A stretch of 64,000 nt of DNA, taken from positions 178,250,001 to 178,314,000 of the forward strand of contig NC_042998.1 in assembly GCF_006345805.1 (NCBI RefSeq), written 5' to 3'. Source of the stretch: Octopus sinensis (lineage: Eukaryota). The position numbers and the translations under genes are program-made. The stretch's first letter is position 1, and each line of letters starts with the position of its first letter. Under the pieces are notes generated by a model. That model was not told where the DNA came from, made no database searches, and saw only the letters and a list, made by a program, of their open reading frames with translations. Below are positions 35,100 to 49,620 of the stretch, one piece after another.

Positions 35100-35590
35100 T
35101 TCTTCTTATTATTATTCAGTTGTCTTATTTTTATCATGTGCTTTCACTGCACTACCGAGCGCAGCTCTGAGTGCCTTTGGTATGTGCTGTGGTTTGTTGT
35201 GGTGCTCTTATTTTCAATGTATTGAAAGTGTTTTACGTAGGACGTGTGAGGTACCTAGTAGTGCTAATTTTTGAATGCTATATATACTTGTAAGTCCTGG
35301 AGTTTTTGCTATGCATTTCTCTGCATGTTTTTTTTATCATACCTAATGCGCCTATTATAATAGGAATTGTTTCTATTTTAGGCCCAACTTTCGAGTTACC
35401 TCTATTTCCAAATCTTTGTATTTTGAAAGTTTCGCTGTTTCTTTTGGAGAAACTTTGTCAACAGAGCGTTGATAACTATTATCTGGTTTTCGCATTGATC
35501 TCTGTTTTCAGTATTAATCTAACTCGTCTATAGTATTCCTTTCTTATTTTTTCTTCTATTTGTGAGTGTTGTATCTAATTCATTAATTCT
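35100..35590 (-). mobile_element. Internally deleted R4/Dong-type 3' fragment with (AAT)3 tail
   Basis: EEKIRKEYYRRVRLILKTEINA joined directly to VSPKETAKLSKYKDLEIEV..IIIGALGMIKK..IQKLALLGTSHVLRK. 3' UTR matches 19340-19399. Confidence 0.75.
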
Positions 35591-35599
35591 TAAGTATTT

Positions 35600-36630
35600 G
35601 AATGTCTGGTTTTGGTCTAGAATGTTGCCAGGCGCTCACTGTATTGTACAAGCTACCCAAAATCGTTAGCAGGAAAGCAACCCAAGATTTCTATAGGGGG
35701 CTACTTGAGGATACGAGTGATGATGGCCTAGGATTGAATCTAGGTATTGTCAAGAACAGTTTGAGTAGTCTTTTCCAGAGGACTTTCGGATTGAAGATCA
35801 TGGGCAATTTCCAAAAGTCTTTGGCTTGACAATGCTACTGAGGGGCATTGCCCGTTCTAGACAAGCTCTTCAGGCATGTAAGTGCCAACAGCCGAACCTG
35901 CCCGAGATACTTGTATGGGGACGAAACTGTCCTACATACAATAATCCAGTGTCCGTGCATTAGAGAGTCGTGGGATTGTGTGGAACAGCTGTTGTCGCGT
36001 GTAAGAAGAATTTAGCTATCCGCCGAGTGTATAGTGAAGATTGGCGCACCACCTTCCCTTAGCAGAGAAGGAAGGCAGATCTTTATTTAGTAGCTGTGGC
36101 AAAAGATGCTCTGTGGTGGACCCGTCTGAAATGTTTGAAGACAGACACATTCCTATCTGGCCAAGCTCTCATCAATTTCATCAAATATCATTTGAAGAGG
36201 AAGGTGAGGGTAGAGAGGGGGGTGTTACCTTCTAGTGTGTTTATCAAAAGGTGGTCGACAGCGACAAGACTGGTGAGACTGAATGGATCTACTCTGAATA
36301 TGCTTTTCTGAGCAAGTGGATAGAAACTGGAAGAGGGCTCTTTCCAGTGCCTTGAAGATAGAAGAGTAATTCGGGATTTGGTGTGGGGTTTACCCCTGAT
36401 TGCTCTAAATGGACTGCCCCGCAATTGGGGATCCTATTTATTTATATATTTGTTATTTATTTCTCTGCTTTCTATTATAGATCCTCTGTTAAATCCTTTA
36501 ATGCGGGAGTCTCTTCCCTTGACTGATGTTAACTCAACATATTTTCGTCTTTCTAATTTTTTTTGTGCTGTAACTCGTCCTTCGATATTCTACGCCATGT
36601 CTTAGGCCCTTGTGACCAATAAAACAAACC
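35600..36630 (+). mobile_element. Tx1/L1-clade LINE 3' part (ORF2 C-terminus + 3' UTR), followed by (ATT)n
   Basis: QKSLA*QCY*GALPVLDKLF...TCPR...DETVLHTIIQCP (zf-RVT-like CCHC remnant), then AKDALWWTRLK...FIKYHLKRKVRVER...KRW. Confidence 0.75.
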
Positions 36631-36642
36631 ATTATTATTATA

Positions 36643-36739
<97 letters not shown>

Positions 36740-36963
36740 TATTATTATTATTTTATTCAGGAAAATTACAGAAATACCTATGAAAACGAAGTACGATTCA
36801 AAAATGAAAAAAAACAGGATCTAAGCGCTTCCAAGTAAGTATGACATTCATGTACTTTTTTTATGCTGTTATGTTGGAGAATGGTTTATAGTGGGTATGA
36901 CAAAATATTTGTCGTCACGATATAGTATAGATTTCATTTTATAAGAGAAGTGTATGTTTACAA

Positions 36964-37521
36964 ATGTTTTCTAGAAAATACAGTATTGTTATGGGCACCT
37001 GTCCATATGGTATAACAGGAAAAAATTGCTCCCACCTCCACCCCAAATACTGTCCTAAATACAGAATCCATGGTTCTGATCCTAAATACGGATGCACAAA
37101 AGGCAATGGATGCACCTTATTCCATCCTAAACTGTGCCAAACTTCTGTCTCACAAAGGATGTGCCTGAACCCAGAATGCAACCACCACCATCTGAAGGGC
37201 ACAAAACGATCACAGAATAAATATAAACAGAAACAGAGGAAATCTAGGACAACAACAAGAACAAAATACAACCACGTTTCCCCTCCTACAATCAAACAAC
37301 GTAGACAGAACCATGAAAAAACACCAAATAACGCCAACATGAAATATGTATCCTCTGACCAAGTGGCAAACCAAACAAGTAACTCTTTTTTACTGACATA
37401 CCTAGAAAATATGAAGGCCGACCTAAGCCAGGAGATCCAGCGAGCTATCACCAACCATCTATGCAAATCACAAGGACCACTCACCCATTACCAACTTCCC
37501 TTACCTCGACATTCCTGTTAA
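36964..37521 (+). mobile_element. LINE ORF1 (likely partial) with three CCCH-like zinc fingers
   Basis: GTCPYGITGKNCSHLHPKYCPKY..HG..PKYGCTKGNGCTLFHPKLCQTSVSQRMCLNPECNHHH, directly upstream of and overlapping an APE ORF. Confidence 0.75.
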
Positions 37522-38754
37522 ATCTACGTGGCATCAACCCATCAATTATTGCCCAAAAATGGAAGATCCCATATATAGAGAGTTGGCTTGCCGAAATGGC
37601 ACATTGCTTCCCTTTCTTTATCCTTACCGAGACTCACCTGAACAACACCCATATGGACGCAGAGGTGAAAATAAAAGATTTCACCATTGTTCGTGCGGAT
37701 CGCACAGACCGAAATAAGGGAGGGACAGCCATCTTTATCCATAACTCCTTTTCACTTGATGCCAAGGACATATTTTCCAATGGCTACTGTGAATCGGTAT
37801 CACTATACAACAAAGCCAAGGACATAACCATTGTTGGTCTTTACAGGCCTCCCCAGGCACCTCTAAAGTACTTTGAAGAGTGCCTTAGCAAAGTCAAGTC
37901 CTTCCTTCGGAAGTACCACCCCGGAAACATACTAGTGATAGGTGATTTTAACCTCCCTCATGTGAACTGGCCCACAGATACTCTGAAGTTAGGCAAGTGC
38001 TCTACATCAGATAGAGCAGCAGCAGAACTGCTCTTTAATCTGATGGATGAGTATTTCCTGACTCAGCTAGTGCTTGAACCAACGAGACAGAATAAAACGA
38101 TCTTGGATCTGGTATTGACCAATCACTCTAGCTACGTTCACAGTATTTCAGTCGAAAAAACTCTCCTCTCAGACCACGACATGGTACTCTGCAATCTTAA
38201 TTCCCGACATATAAAAACCAAACCAGCCAATCCCACTCCATGGCACCCATTTGACAACATAAACTTCCACAAAGCGGACTGGGGAACAATCAGAAAGGAT
38301 CTGTCTTCCATCGACTGGTCTTTTACTCTCAATTCCTCTCATATTGAGACCGCGTGGCAGCACTTTGAAAACATTGTCACCTATACATGCTCTAAACACG
38401 CTCCCAAGAAATCTACTAACACAAACAGAAACCGGCTCCCTAAAAAGAAAACAACACTCATCAGGCGCATCAAAAGACTCAACAAAAAAATCAACCAATT
38501 AAAATGTTCCCACACACAACATCCACATTCAACAACAATGAAAAGACTAGAGCTGGAAAAACTTCATCTGCAGACCAACATGAAAACCTCCATTGAAAAT
38601 CAAAGAGCTGTGGAGGAACAATGGGTAATCAAAAACATCAAACAGAACCCAAAAGTGTTCTATTCTTATGCAAATAAGCATAGAACCACTGTCTCACCCA
38701 TTGGGCCATTGATTGATGATAACGGCATTCCCCAACACGATGCTAAAGAAATGC
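37461..38754 (+). mobile_element. LINE ORF2 AP-endonuclease domain (L2/CR1 group), truncated before the RT
   Basis: LLNLRG, ILTETHL, RADR..KGGTAIFI, GLYRPP, GDFNLP..W, EPTR..TILDLVLTN, SDHDMV, and later KQNPKVFYSYAN. About 430 codons stop-free. Confidence 0.92.
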
Positions 38755-39640
38755 TCCTTTGTAAGTCTGGCTCACAAATTTATCTGCAGCGTCAATGAAG
38801 GAGTTCAGTGCAGTTGCAATCATATCAGCCAGTCTTGTGGCACTTTTATCATCACTGACTTCATAGAATCCAAGAAATCGTTCACATGTTTTGTTTTCAT
38901 ATGCATATCTTATTATGATCAACAATTGGGCATGCATTGCACAGTCTCTAATTTCGTCAGCTTGTATAGACATAAACGGAGCTCTATCAACTTCGCTTCT
39001 AATTTCATCAGAGATGATATTTCCAATCGCTTGTATTTGATCATTTTGTATTGTGCTTGAGACTCCTGAAAACTGTTTCGACCCCTCTTTAGTAGAAAGT
39101 CTAGAAGCAAACACGCTGTCGATTTCAGCGAAGCACTACAATAATTCACGGTAATTTCCTCTATTAAGGCTGTCACTTCCTTCATCATGTCCACGTAATG
39201 CAACTCTTGTTTACACAGATATAAAACACAGCATTTGTCGACTGCTTTAAATATTGTCTATTTTCTTCAACTGCCGTTCTTTTTCCAGTTTAGCAGACTC
39301 ACTAATAGCTGTCACAATATCGTACAATTCGAAAGTTTTCAAACTTTTATAACTACTTAAATGACTCACTGATTTACCGTGATGCTTCCAGTCACTCAGG
39401 ATGTTTGTATAATTATTATAGCCTCCATCTGCCCATGACTGATTAGCTTTTAGTTGAAACAACAAATATGGCCAATAGTAGAGTTTCTCTGTGACGATAC
39501 TTGCACAAAGCCAATCAATCTCTTCATACCATTTTATCTGGGATGTTCGAGTTTTTAGTGAGGAATCGACATACCTTTTTCCCGTTTTTCTGCAATATTT
39601 CTAACTCTAAATGGCTTGTTTTTTTTTATATATATATAGC
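38755..39640 (-). mobile_element. Degenerate hAT (ZMYM1/DUF4371-like) transposase, N-terminal half
   Basis: STIQNDQIQAIG...FMSIQADEIRDCA..AQL.IIIRY...ERFLGFYEVS...FVSQTYKGA (cf. SQ.YDGA), with an upstream TTF-type zinc-finger remnant W..GGY...KHHGKSVSH. Confidence 0.8.
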
Positions 39641-39814
39641 ACTCTGTCTTTCTCCATTTCTAAGTTAAGGGTAAAAATATAACAACCCTTCAAAATACAA
39701 CTGATCTTTACACACAGACGCACAAAATAACGGCAATCAAATAACGACAGTGGAGTGCACATTAAACATCATCGACCTGTTTGTCGCCTGTACACTAGCC
39801 AAGAGATGCCAGTT

Positions 39815-39960
39815 AGTCTTTTATACCTACCAGGACGTCATCTGAGATATCACTAAGAACCTCCGGAATCCGTGTTTCCAAGTCTTCTAGTGTGCGAGGT
39901 TTTGTCTTGTACACCTCTTTTGTGTAATCCCACAGGTAAAAATCACATGGAGTGAGATCT
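39815..39960 (-). mobile_element. Tc1/mariner (DD37D-like) transposase C-terminal fragment
   Basis: DLTPCDFYLWDYTKEVYKTKPRTLEDLETRI, abutting a (TACA)n tract. Confidence 0.75.
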
Positions 39961-39981
39961 GTATGTATGTATGCATGTATG

Positions 39982-40015
<34 letters not shown>

Positions 40016-40179
40016 TGTATGTATGTATGTATGTGTGTATGTATATATGCATGCGTGTATGTATACATGTATGTATATAGACGCATAAATGCACACATGA
40101 ATGCAAACACAGTTTTCCGACGAACGGGAACGTGAAACACTGAATAATAGTTCTGTGATAATTTTGCAGCTTTCATAAA

Positions 40180-40233
<54 letters not shown>

Positions 40234-40362
40234 GTGTATGAAGATATATATAGGCGTGGCTGAATGCTAAAAAGCGTGCTTCCCAACCACGTGTTTCTGG
40301 GTTCAGCTCCACTGTGTGACACCGGACCGACCAAAACCTTTGAGTGAAAACACAAAGAAGCC

Positions 40363-40394
<32 letters not shown>

Positions 40395-40472
40395 ACTCAC
40401 ACCCACACACGCACGCACGCACACACATATATACACACACACACACATATATATATACATATATATATATGT

Positions 40473-40508
<36 letters not shown>

Positions 40509-40567
40509 CGTCTAGCAATTCTAATCACAAGGTTTTGGTTGGCTCAAAATATACAATATAATATATT

Positions 40568-42163
40568 CGAAATATACAATATAATATATAATATATAGCT
40601 ACTAAAAATTTATATAAAATATATAAATATGAATATATAAAAATTTATAAATATATAAAATACAAAAATACAAAATGCGTATGAGATCGTTTGAATCTGT
40701 TCCAAAACATAAAAATATCGGATGTTGAATGTACACAGTCAATGCATTGCAAAATCATAAATATTAAAAGCTGAATGGGTAGCAAATAAAATGAATACTT
40801 GAGTCCATAGATCGAATTCGTATATATCCTACGGCCGTTTCAGGAAAGGTATTTCAGAAAAGGTGAACTATTTATACTTTCCTTCGGCGGTTTTCGGTTA
40901 TTCTACCTTAAGCTTTCTCTTAGGTTATACTATTTATTTAGGCTTTTCTCTGAGTAAGGGAGAATATAATGATTCAACGTCACTTATACTCAAGTGTTAT
41001 CATTATATCTAAAACCCTAACTACAGTTATAACGTCATAGAGACATATACGCATGGAACGCTACATCAACGACCATGTATGTTGAATATTTTAATCGTGT
41101 CCTTTAAACCGCTATAAGAAACATAAATCAAAGATTACAGAAATGCATATTTATCTATGCTCAGTTGAAAAACAAACGTGAAGAGAAACATTTTCTTTTT
41201 AATTATTTGTATTATATAAATATAACATTTTATGTTATTTACAGTAAGAAAGATAACTTCGTCGTGAAGGAAAACGACCATAAATTCCTTAGCTAATGTC
41301 TTCTTACTATCTAATGCATTAACCAACAAATCAAAATAGATTTGTGATTAACTTGGACAAGGCATAAAAATTACCGATGTCTCCAAAAGAGTGAGTGACG
41401 TGGAGTTGAGTGACTACCAACGAACACTAAAGTCTCTCCCCAAGTCTCTCCAGGGTTTTTATAACTGCTCAACCTGACCAAAAAGAATCGAAATTCAGGA
41501 CAAACATTCTTTTCGAAACTTCTAGAATCTTTATATGAGCAGTTATATTAGCCAATGGGAAAAAAACGAAAATGATAATTCTTCGGCAAAGACATTACGT
41601 CATATTGCCAATTCGCGCCACATTTCAAAATGGCTAAAATGGATATTGCTACCATACCCATCTCGAGTATATACATTTCCTTAGTCAATGCATTGCAAAA
41701 TCATAAATATTAAAAGCTGAATGGGTAGCTAAAAAACTGAATACTAAAGTCCATAGATCGAGTTCGTATATATCCTACGACCGTTTCAGGAAAGGTATTT
41801 CAGAAAAGGTAAACTATTTGTACCTCGCTCGAGTATATATATTTCCTTCATCAGGGAAAAGTTTTTAAAAAATTAAAAATCTTTTTAAAAGATTGTTTAA
41901 GTGATAGCGAAAGACTTCATACTTGGACCATGTATTCTATGTTGTGACAAAAATTAAGTATTCACTTTTTTAGTTAACCATTCAGCTTTTAATAGTTATG
42001 ATTTTGCAATGCATTGATTGTGTATATTTAACATCTGACCGTTTTATGTTTTTGAACGGATTCAGACGATCTCATACGAATATATATTTTATATTTTATA
42101 TATTTATATATTTTTATATATTCATATATTTTATATAGATTTTTAGTATCTATATATATTTCG
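40568..42163. mobile_element. 1.6-kb non-coding foldback element with about 240-bp TIRs and an internal direct duplication
   Basis: 40568-40800 is the reverse complement of about 41950-42163 (CGTATGAGATCGT.TGAATC.GTTC.AAAACATAAAA...TCAATGCATTGCAAAATCATAA.TATTAAAAGCTGAATGG). 40737-40880 is repeated directly at 41684-41825. Confidence 0.75.
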
Positions 42164-42409
42164 TGTGAGTGGGTATGTCTTTCGAAAAAATATATTGAGG
42201 AAAATAATGTGTTATGATTGTCAATATCTCGAAAGTTGCCTTTTCATTCAACCTATATATATATATATATATACATACATATACACGTGTGTGTGTGTAT
42301 GTGTGTGTGTGTGTGTGTGTGTTTACCCCTCACCACCGCTTGACAGCCGGTGTTGGTGCCCTAACATGAGTGCACTCTAACGGCTGAAACAAGTAAAAGA
42401 TAAAAGATG

Positions 42410-42497
<88 letters not shown>

Positions 42498-42984
42498 GAT
42501 GATACACATAGATACTTTCAGGCGTGGCTGTGTGATAAGAAGCTTGCTTCCCAACTACATAGTTTCTGTTGCTTCCTTTCTGTTTCTTATCGCCATATTC
42601 TCCCTCTTTATTTCTCTCTCTTTTCTCTCTCACTTTCCCACTCTTACTCTTCCTTTCTCTCGGACTCTCCCTAGCTTTCTCTTACTCGATCTTTCTCTAT
42701 CTATCTCTCTCCCATTTAAAAAAACAAAAGACCTTGAGAAAGTTGAGAAAGAAAATATTTTGAAAGATCAATCATAAATATCAGGCAGTGACAACGGAAA
42801 GCACACTTGCCTTTTGTACGTGCCGTGACTCACTCATGCATTGTCCTTGTCAGTCACAAGCAATGCTGCAACACCAATCCAATACAAGGCGCAGATCCAT
42901 AGTCTTTCGAGACTAACAGATGCCAAGCACGCACACATATATATCTTGGTCAGCCTATGAACTTTTCAGTCGATCCTCGTATGT

Positions 42985-43100
42985 TTATATGTCATTATTT
43001 AGTTTATTTCAAGATTTCTTGCTAGTAAAGAAAAAACCGGTTTCTAAGCTAGATCCAAGGCTCCTTCATTGGAATTTCAACATCAACAACAGGGTATTTT
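42985..43100 (+). repeat. Short interspersed repeat, second copy at 56545-56650
   Basis: Shared GTCATTATT.AGTTT.ATTTCAAGATTTCTTGC...ACCGGTTTCTAAG...GATCCAAGGC.CCTTCATTGGAATTTCAACATC. Confidence 0.65.
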
Positions 43101-43699
43101 TGTTTTTATGTATGTATGTATGTATGTATGTATGTATGTATGTATGTATGTATGTATGTATGTTACATGCTGAACTTCTGAAATATTTTATATATTTTCG
43201 TAATGCTCTTTATAGAAAGAAACCAGCTAATAAGGAAATTAAAGCCTTAATTTTCTTCGTAGCTGGTTTCTTTCTGGTTTTGTAAAGCTCTACTTCTCAG
43301 GATTGGGGCTGAGGCAGTTAGTTAAAGTGCTCTAATAATTACAGGCATAAATCTTAAAGTGTGGATTATCTGCAGATTTCTCATTAATTCGTCATAAATA
43401 TTTGTTTTTTCACTAATCGTTAACATTGTTGACCTCTGTAAGGTAGTTAATTTGCATCAACTCTGCACAATTCTTCTCCTCTGTCTCGGCATTATACCTG
43501 GTCTGTTATGCATACATTTTATTTAGGTCCTGGCAGAAATATTCTACAACTATTCTTCCATTTTATAACTATGCCCTCCACAAAATTGTAATTTCTTGTA
43601 TTTGTATCCTTAGGCCTATCCGTTCTACGGATTTAACTGTACAAAGTTCTGCCAAAGACAGCATGCCTGTCAGGTAAATAATATCGAGATGATATTTTC

Positions 43700-43950
43700 G
43701 GACAGTGGTTTAGTGGTTAGGGGTGTTGGACCCATGATCGTACGATTGTGGTTTCAATTCCTGGACCGGGCAACATGTTGTGTTCTTGAGCAAAACACTT
43801 CATTTCACGTTGCTCCAGTCTACTCAGCTGACAAAAATGAGTAATCCTACGACGGATAGGTGTCCCATCCACATGGGGAATTTATACGCCATGAAAACCG
43901 GGAAACCAGCCCTCATGAGTCACTATGACTGGGGAAGGAACTTTACTTTT
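43700..43950 (+). mobile_element. tRNA-derived SINE (fourth family; related to 60668-60990)
   Basis: TGGTTTAGTGG A box, GGTTTCAATTCC B box, CORE-like TTGTGTTCTTGAGCAAAACACTTCATTTCACGTTGC. Confidence 0.7.
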
Positions 43951-44351
43951 ACCCATAGTATGAGTGGCAACCTCAGTGCTAATTTCAAGAGTCTGCATTG
44001 GTTGTCGTATCTAAATGGTTTACTTGTTTCCCTTATATCTTTTGTACATCAGGCAATCATGGACCCGAGAACGGGGGGGGGGAGGTACAAGCGCACACCC
44101 TAAATTTTTCGTGGGGATGTAAAATCAAAATTTGGACCCCTAGTTACTTTTTTCAGATTTAGAAAACAGGGCATAAATAGATATCTATAAAAATCAAATT
44201 CAAGTTAGGTTTCCCCTCACAGAACAAAGAACAAAAAGAATAATAAAACTTTGTTTGTAAAATATTTTGGATCTGGGTTTGCACCCACCTAAGAAAATTT
44301 CTTCCGTGAACTAGTGCAGGCATTTCGTTATTATTTCTACTTGTTCTTGTA

Positions 44352-44765
44352 TTTTTTTTTTATCTAGTTTCAGCTCACAAGCTGTGGCCATGCTGGGGCA
44401 CCGCCATTTGGTGTTGCTACATGATTTTACTTCACGAATGCTTTTTAGCAATTGCCATTTGGTGCATGAGAGAGTTCGATGCAGCTGCCCTCATCTGCAC
44501 ATCCTGCCGTGAAGTTGGTTCATCTGGGACACCTGACAAGAAGAGATCCAGTTTAATTTTTAAAGACATCTGCATCCACCCCATGCAGGTCTCTGAGGTT
44601 CTTCGGGAGGATATTGAAGAGCTGTGGGCCTCGGAAGCCCAGGCTATCACAGTATCTTGTCCTACATCTTGATGGCAAATTTGGAGTCCTTGGCACTATG
44701 CAGTGGCGCCCATTTCTGGCATTTGTGTAACTCTCGATGCCAAAGTTTGGGACAAGTCCTTCTAC
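44352..44765 (-). mobile_element. L2/CR1-group LINE 3' fragment (same family as 2040-2580)
   Basis: Reverse complement gives MVPRTPNLPSR...KIKLDLFLSGVPDEPTSRQDVQMRAAASNSL, tail GGCGGTGCCCCAGCATGGCCA-CAGCT-TGTG-AGCTG-AAAC and a short A tract. Confidence 0.85.
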
Positions 44766-45309
44766 GGTAAAAACCGTAGATTGATAATACTGTATAACAA
44801 TATTTTCTTTTTTTTCTTTTGTCTTTGGCCAGCAAGTGTTATTTCCAGTTTGTTTCTATCTAGAAATCAATGGAAATGACTGCTATTCCCTTCAAACATT
44901 GCTTTTGTGACCTGGACATCAATGTTCTGAAACTGACTTATTTCCCATCATATATTTAGATAGATTCAACGTTGAGCTGCTGAAGCAGAATTATCGTTAT
45001 AGCAAATATTCTGCTCAATACCATACATTTGCTTGTCAGTTACTTGACCTTAATATAACAATATGTGCATCTCTGATCATGAACAAGAGTTGTGGGAGAG
45101 CATCATAGCCATGCATTGAAAGGGATTCTTTAGGGTTTGAGTGAATGTAACAGACGCAAAGTTTTAAGGAAATGTTAACCATTTTTCATACTTTCTAGAG
45201 GTAATCTAATAGGAAATAGCAGTTGTTACCCAAGCACAAAAGTCGTGTTACACAGTGTAATACAGTATCTTGGTTGTGATACTCAGCACACATAAACACA
45301 CACACACAC

Positions 45310-45680
45310 TCACACATGCACACATGTATGTATGTATGTATGTATGTATGTATGTATGTATGTATGTATGTATGTATGTATGTATGTATGTATGTATGTG
45401 TGTGTGTATGTATGTATGTGTGTATGTATGTATGTATGTGTGTGTGTATGTATGTGTGTATGTATGTATGTATGTATGTATGTGTGTGTGTATGTATGTG
45501 TGTATGTATGTATGTATGTATGTATGTATGTATGTATGCGTGTGTATGTATGTGTGTGCGTATGTATGTATGTATGTATGTATGTGTGTGTGTATGTATG
45601 TATGTATGTATGTATGTATGTATGTATTATGTATGTATGTATGTATGCATGCATGCATATATGTATGTACATGTGTGCGC
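45310..45680. repeat. (TATG)n/(TG)n compound microsatellite
   Basis: Direct reading. Similar (TACA)n tract at 45890-46058. Confidence 0.97.
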
Positions 45681-46059
45681 GTATTTATATCTATGTTCTA
45701 AAGCTGTGGGTCATTGTTTTACACGTATATGTCTGAAATCTTACATACAAATACATCTGAAAGGATAAGGTCCTAGGTTACGTAACTTCTAATGGTTTCT
45801 ATAAATCTTTACAATGATGGTGCCTTGGATCTATGTTAAAAACCTGCTCTTTCTGAGTTGGTATGAAACCTTGAAATTAAACTGAATAATGACATACATT
45901 CATACATACGTACATACATTCACATATACATACATACACACACATTCACACACACACACACATACACACACACATACATACATACATACATTCATACATA
46001 CATACATACATACATACATACATACATACATACATACATACATACATACATACATACAT

Positions 46060-47761
<1,702 letters not shown>

Positions 47762-47979
47762 TATCTAGATATGCATATCTAGATATGCAACTATATGCAT
47801 GGGAATACACGCATAAATTAAAACACTTGTCCGACGAACGGGAACGTGAAACTCTGAGCAACAGTTTTTGTGATATTTTTGCTGCTTTTTTAATAAAGCA
47901 TATTACTCTCCTTCCGATACTCGAGTACTTTTTTTTCCACCTTGTTTCGCATTTATGTGCTTACTCTAGTATATACGTA

Positions 47980-49214
47980 TCAGTTCTGTCCGATTAAAAT
48001 TTTTAAAAATTCAATGAAATTTAATAGTATTTTAGAATGTCAAATGGAATTAAAATTATTTTTATGCATTTGTGTACATTTAAACTAATTAAATATTATT
48101 TTACAGAATAATAGAATTAAAATGCCTTTGATTAAAATCCTTTCTAACATGGAAGTATCCAAAAAGCATTTGAAGCACATAATGCTTTATGAGTACAAAA
48201 AAGAAAACTCTGCAGCCGAAGTGACTCAAAACATACACTCAGTTTATGGGAAAGAATGCTTGAATGAAAGAACTTGCAGAAGATGGTTTGCAAAATTCAG
48301 AAGTGGAGATTTCAGCCTTGAAGATGAAGATGGAAGAGGACGTCCAGTTGAGTTTAATCATAAGCTCCTTGAGGCATTACTTGAAGAAAATCCTGCATTA
48401 TCAGTTGAAGAATTGGTAATAAAGCTTAGTTCAAACCATACAACTGTTCATCGTCATTTTCAACAACTTGGAAAGGTTCCTAAACTTGGAAAATGGACGA
48501 CTCATGAATTTTGCGAAAGCAACCGCAAATTCCCAGTTGACATATGCTCTTCTCTCCATTCTCGCGAACTCATTTCCCCATTTTTGGATAGACTTGTGAC
48601 TGGTGACGCAAAATGGATCTTCTATCAAAATATTAAATGTCGTCAACAGTAGCTTGATATAAGGGAAAAAGCGCAACCACAACCGAGAAGGGAACTTCAT
48701 GGGGAAAAGGTTCTCTCTATCTGGTAGGATTGCAAAGGAGTAATTCACTTTCAATTGTTACCACCTAATGCAACAATCAATGCTCAAGTCTACTGTCAGT
48801 AGTTAGAACGTTTGAACCAAGCTTTGAAGAAAAAAAGACCTGATTTAGTGAATCAAAAAGGAGTGACGATTCATCAGGACAATGTGCAACCCCACACTGC
48901 AAAGATCCCATCGCAGAAGATCCAAGAGCTTCGCTGGGAAAAGATTCCTCATCCACCTTATTCTCCCGACCTTGTTTCGTAGTTTACAGAATCATTTGGG
49001 GGACATACTTTCGCAAGCCAGGAGGCGGTCGAAACTGACATTTCAGAGTTTTTCACTTTGAAACCGAAAGAGTTTTACATTGATGGGATTAAAAAGCTTG
49101 TAAATAGATGGAAGGAAGTCATAGATAATCGGGGAATGTACGTTGATGATTAAATTTCAATTAAATATAACATTTGATCACTAGAATTCAGATAGAACTT
49201 ATGGGATGACCTGA
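47980..49214 (+). mobile_element. mariner (DD34D) transposon, near full length, defective
   Basis: Transposase from ATG 48149 to about 49153 (WFAKFRSGDFSLEDE..GRP, LVTGDAKW, HQDN..PH, HPPYSPDL) with stops and deletions. 3' TIR ...GAACTTATGGGATGACCTGA|TA; 5' TIR TA|TC-AGTTCTGTCCGA carries an internal deletion. Confidence 0.92.
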
Positions 49215-49620
49215 TATATATATATAAACTAATTAACTTTCAACTGGACTCTGATTATAACTTTTTTTCATAGCTGATATTTTCATGTAAATAAAATTTC
49301 TAACATACACCACAGAGAATTTATTCTAAATGGTATTGTATAATTGTATTTGTTTGTTTATACGTGTATGAGCCTGTGAGTACATGTTTTTTTCTTGTTT
49401 GTATGTGTGCATACGTATTTTGAGTATCATAATCTGCATCTAAGGCCATCATATGTCTGTATGGATTTGTGCATGCGTTCAGAAACTTCAACGTTAGATG
49501 TGAAGAAAACATAATCATATTTATTTTGAGAGGTAACATACAATAATTTAAAAGACACTACAGCCTCATGATACCAACTGGCAATAGCAGATTTGGGGGT
49601 TGTACCGAGTAATAATAATA

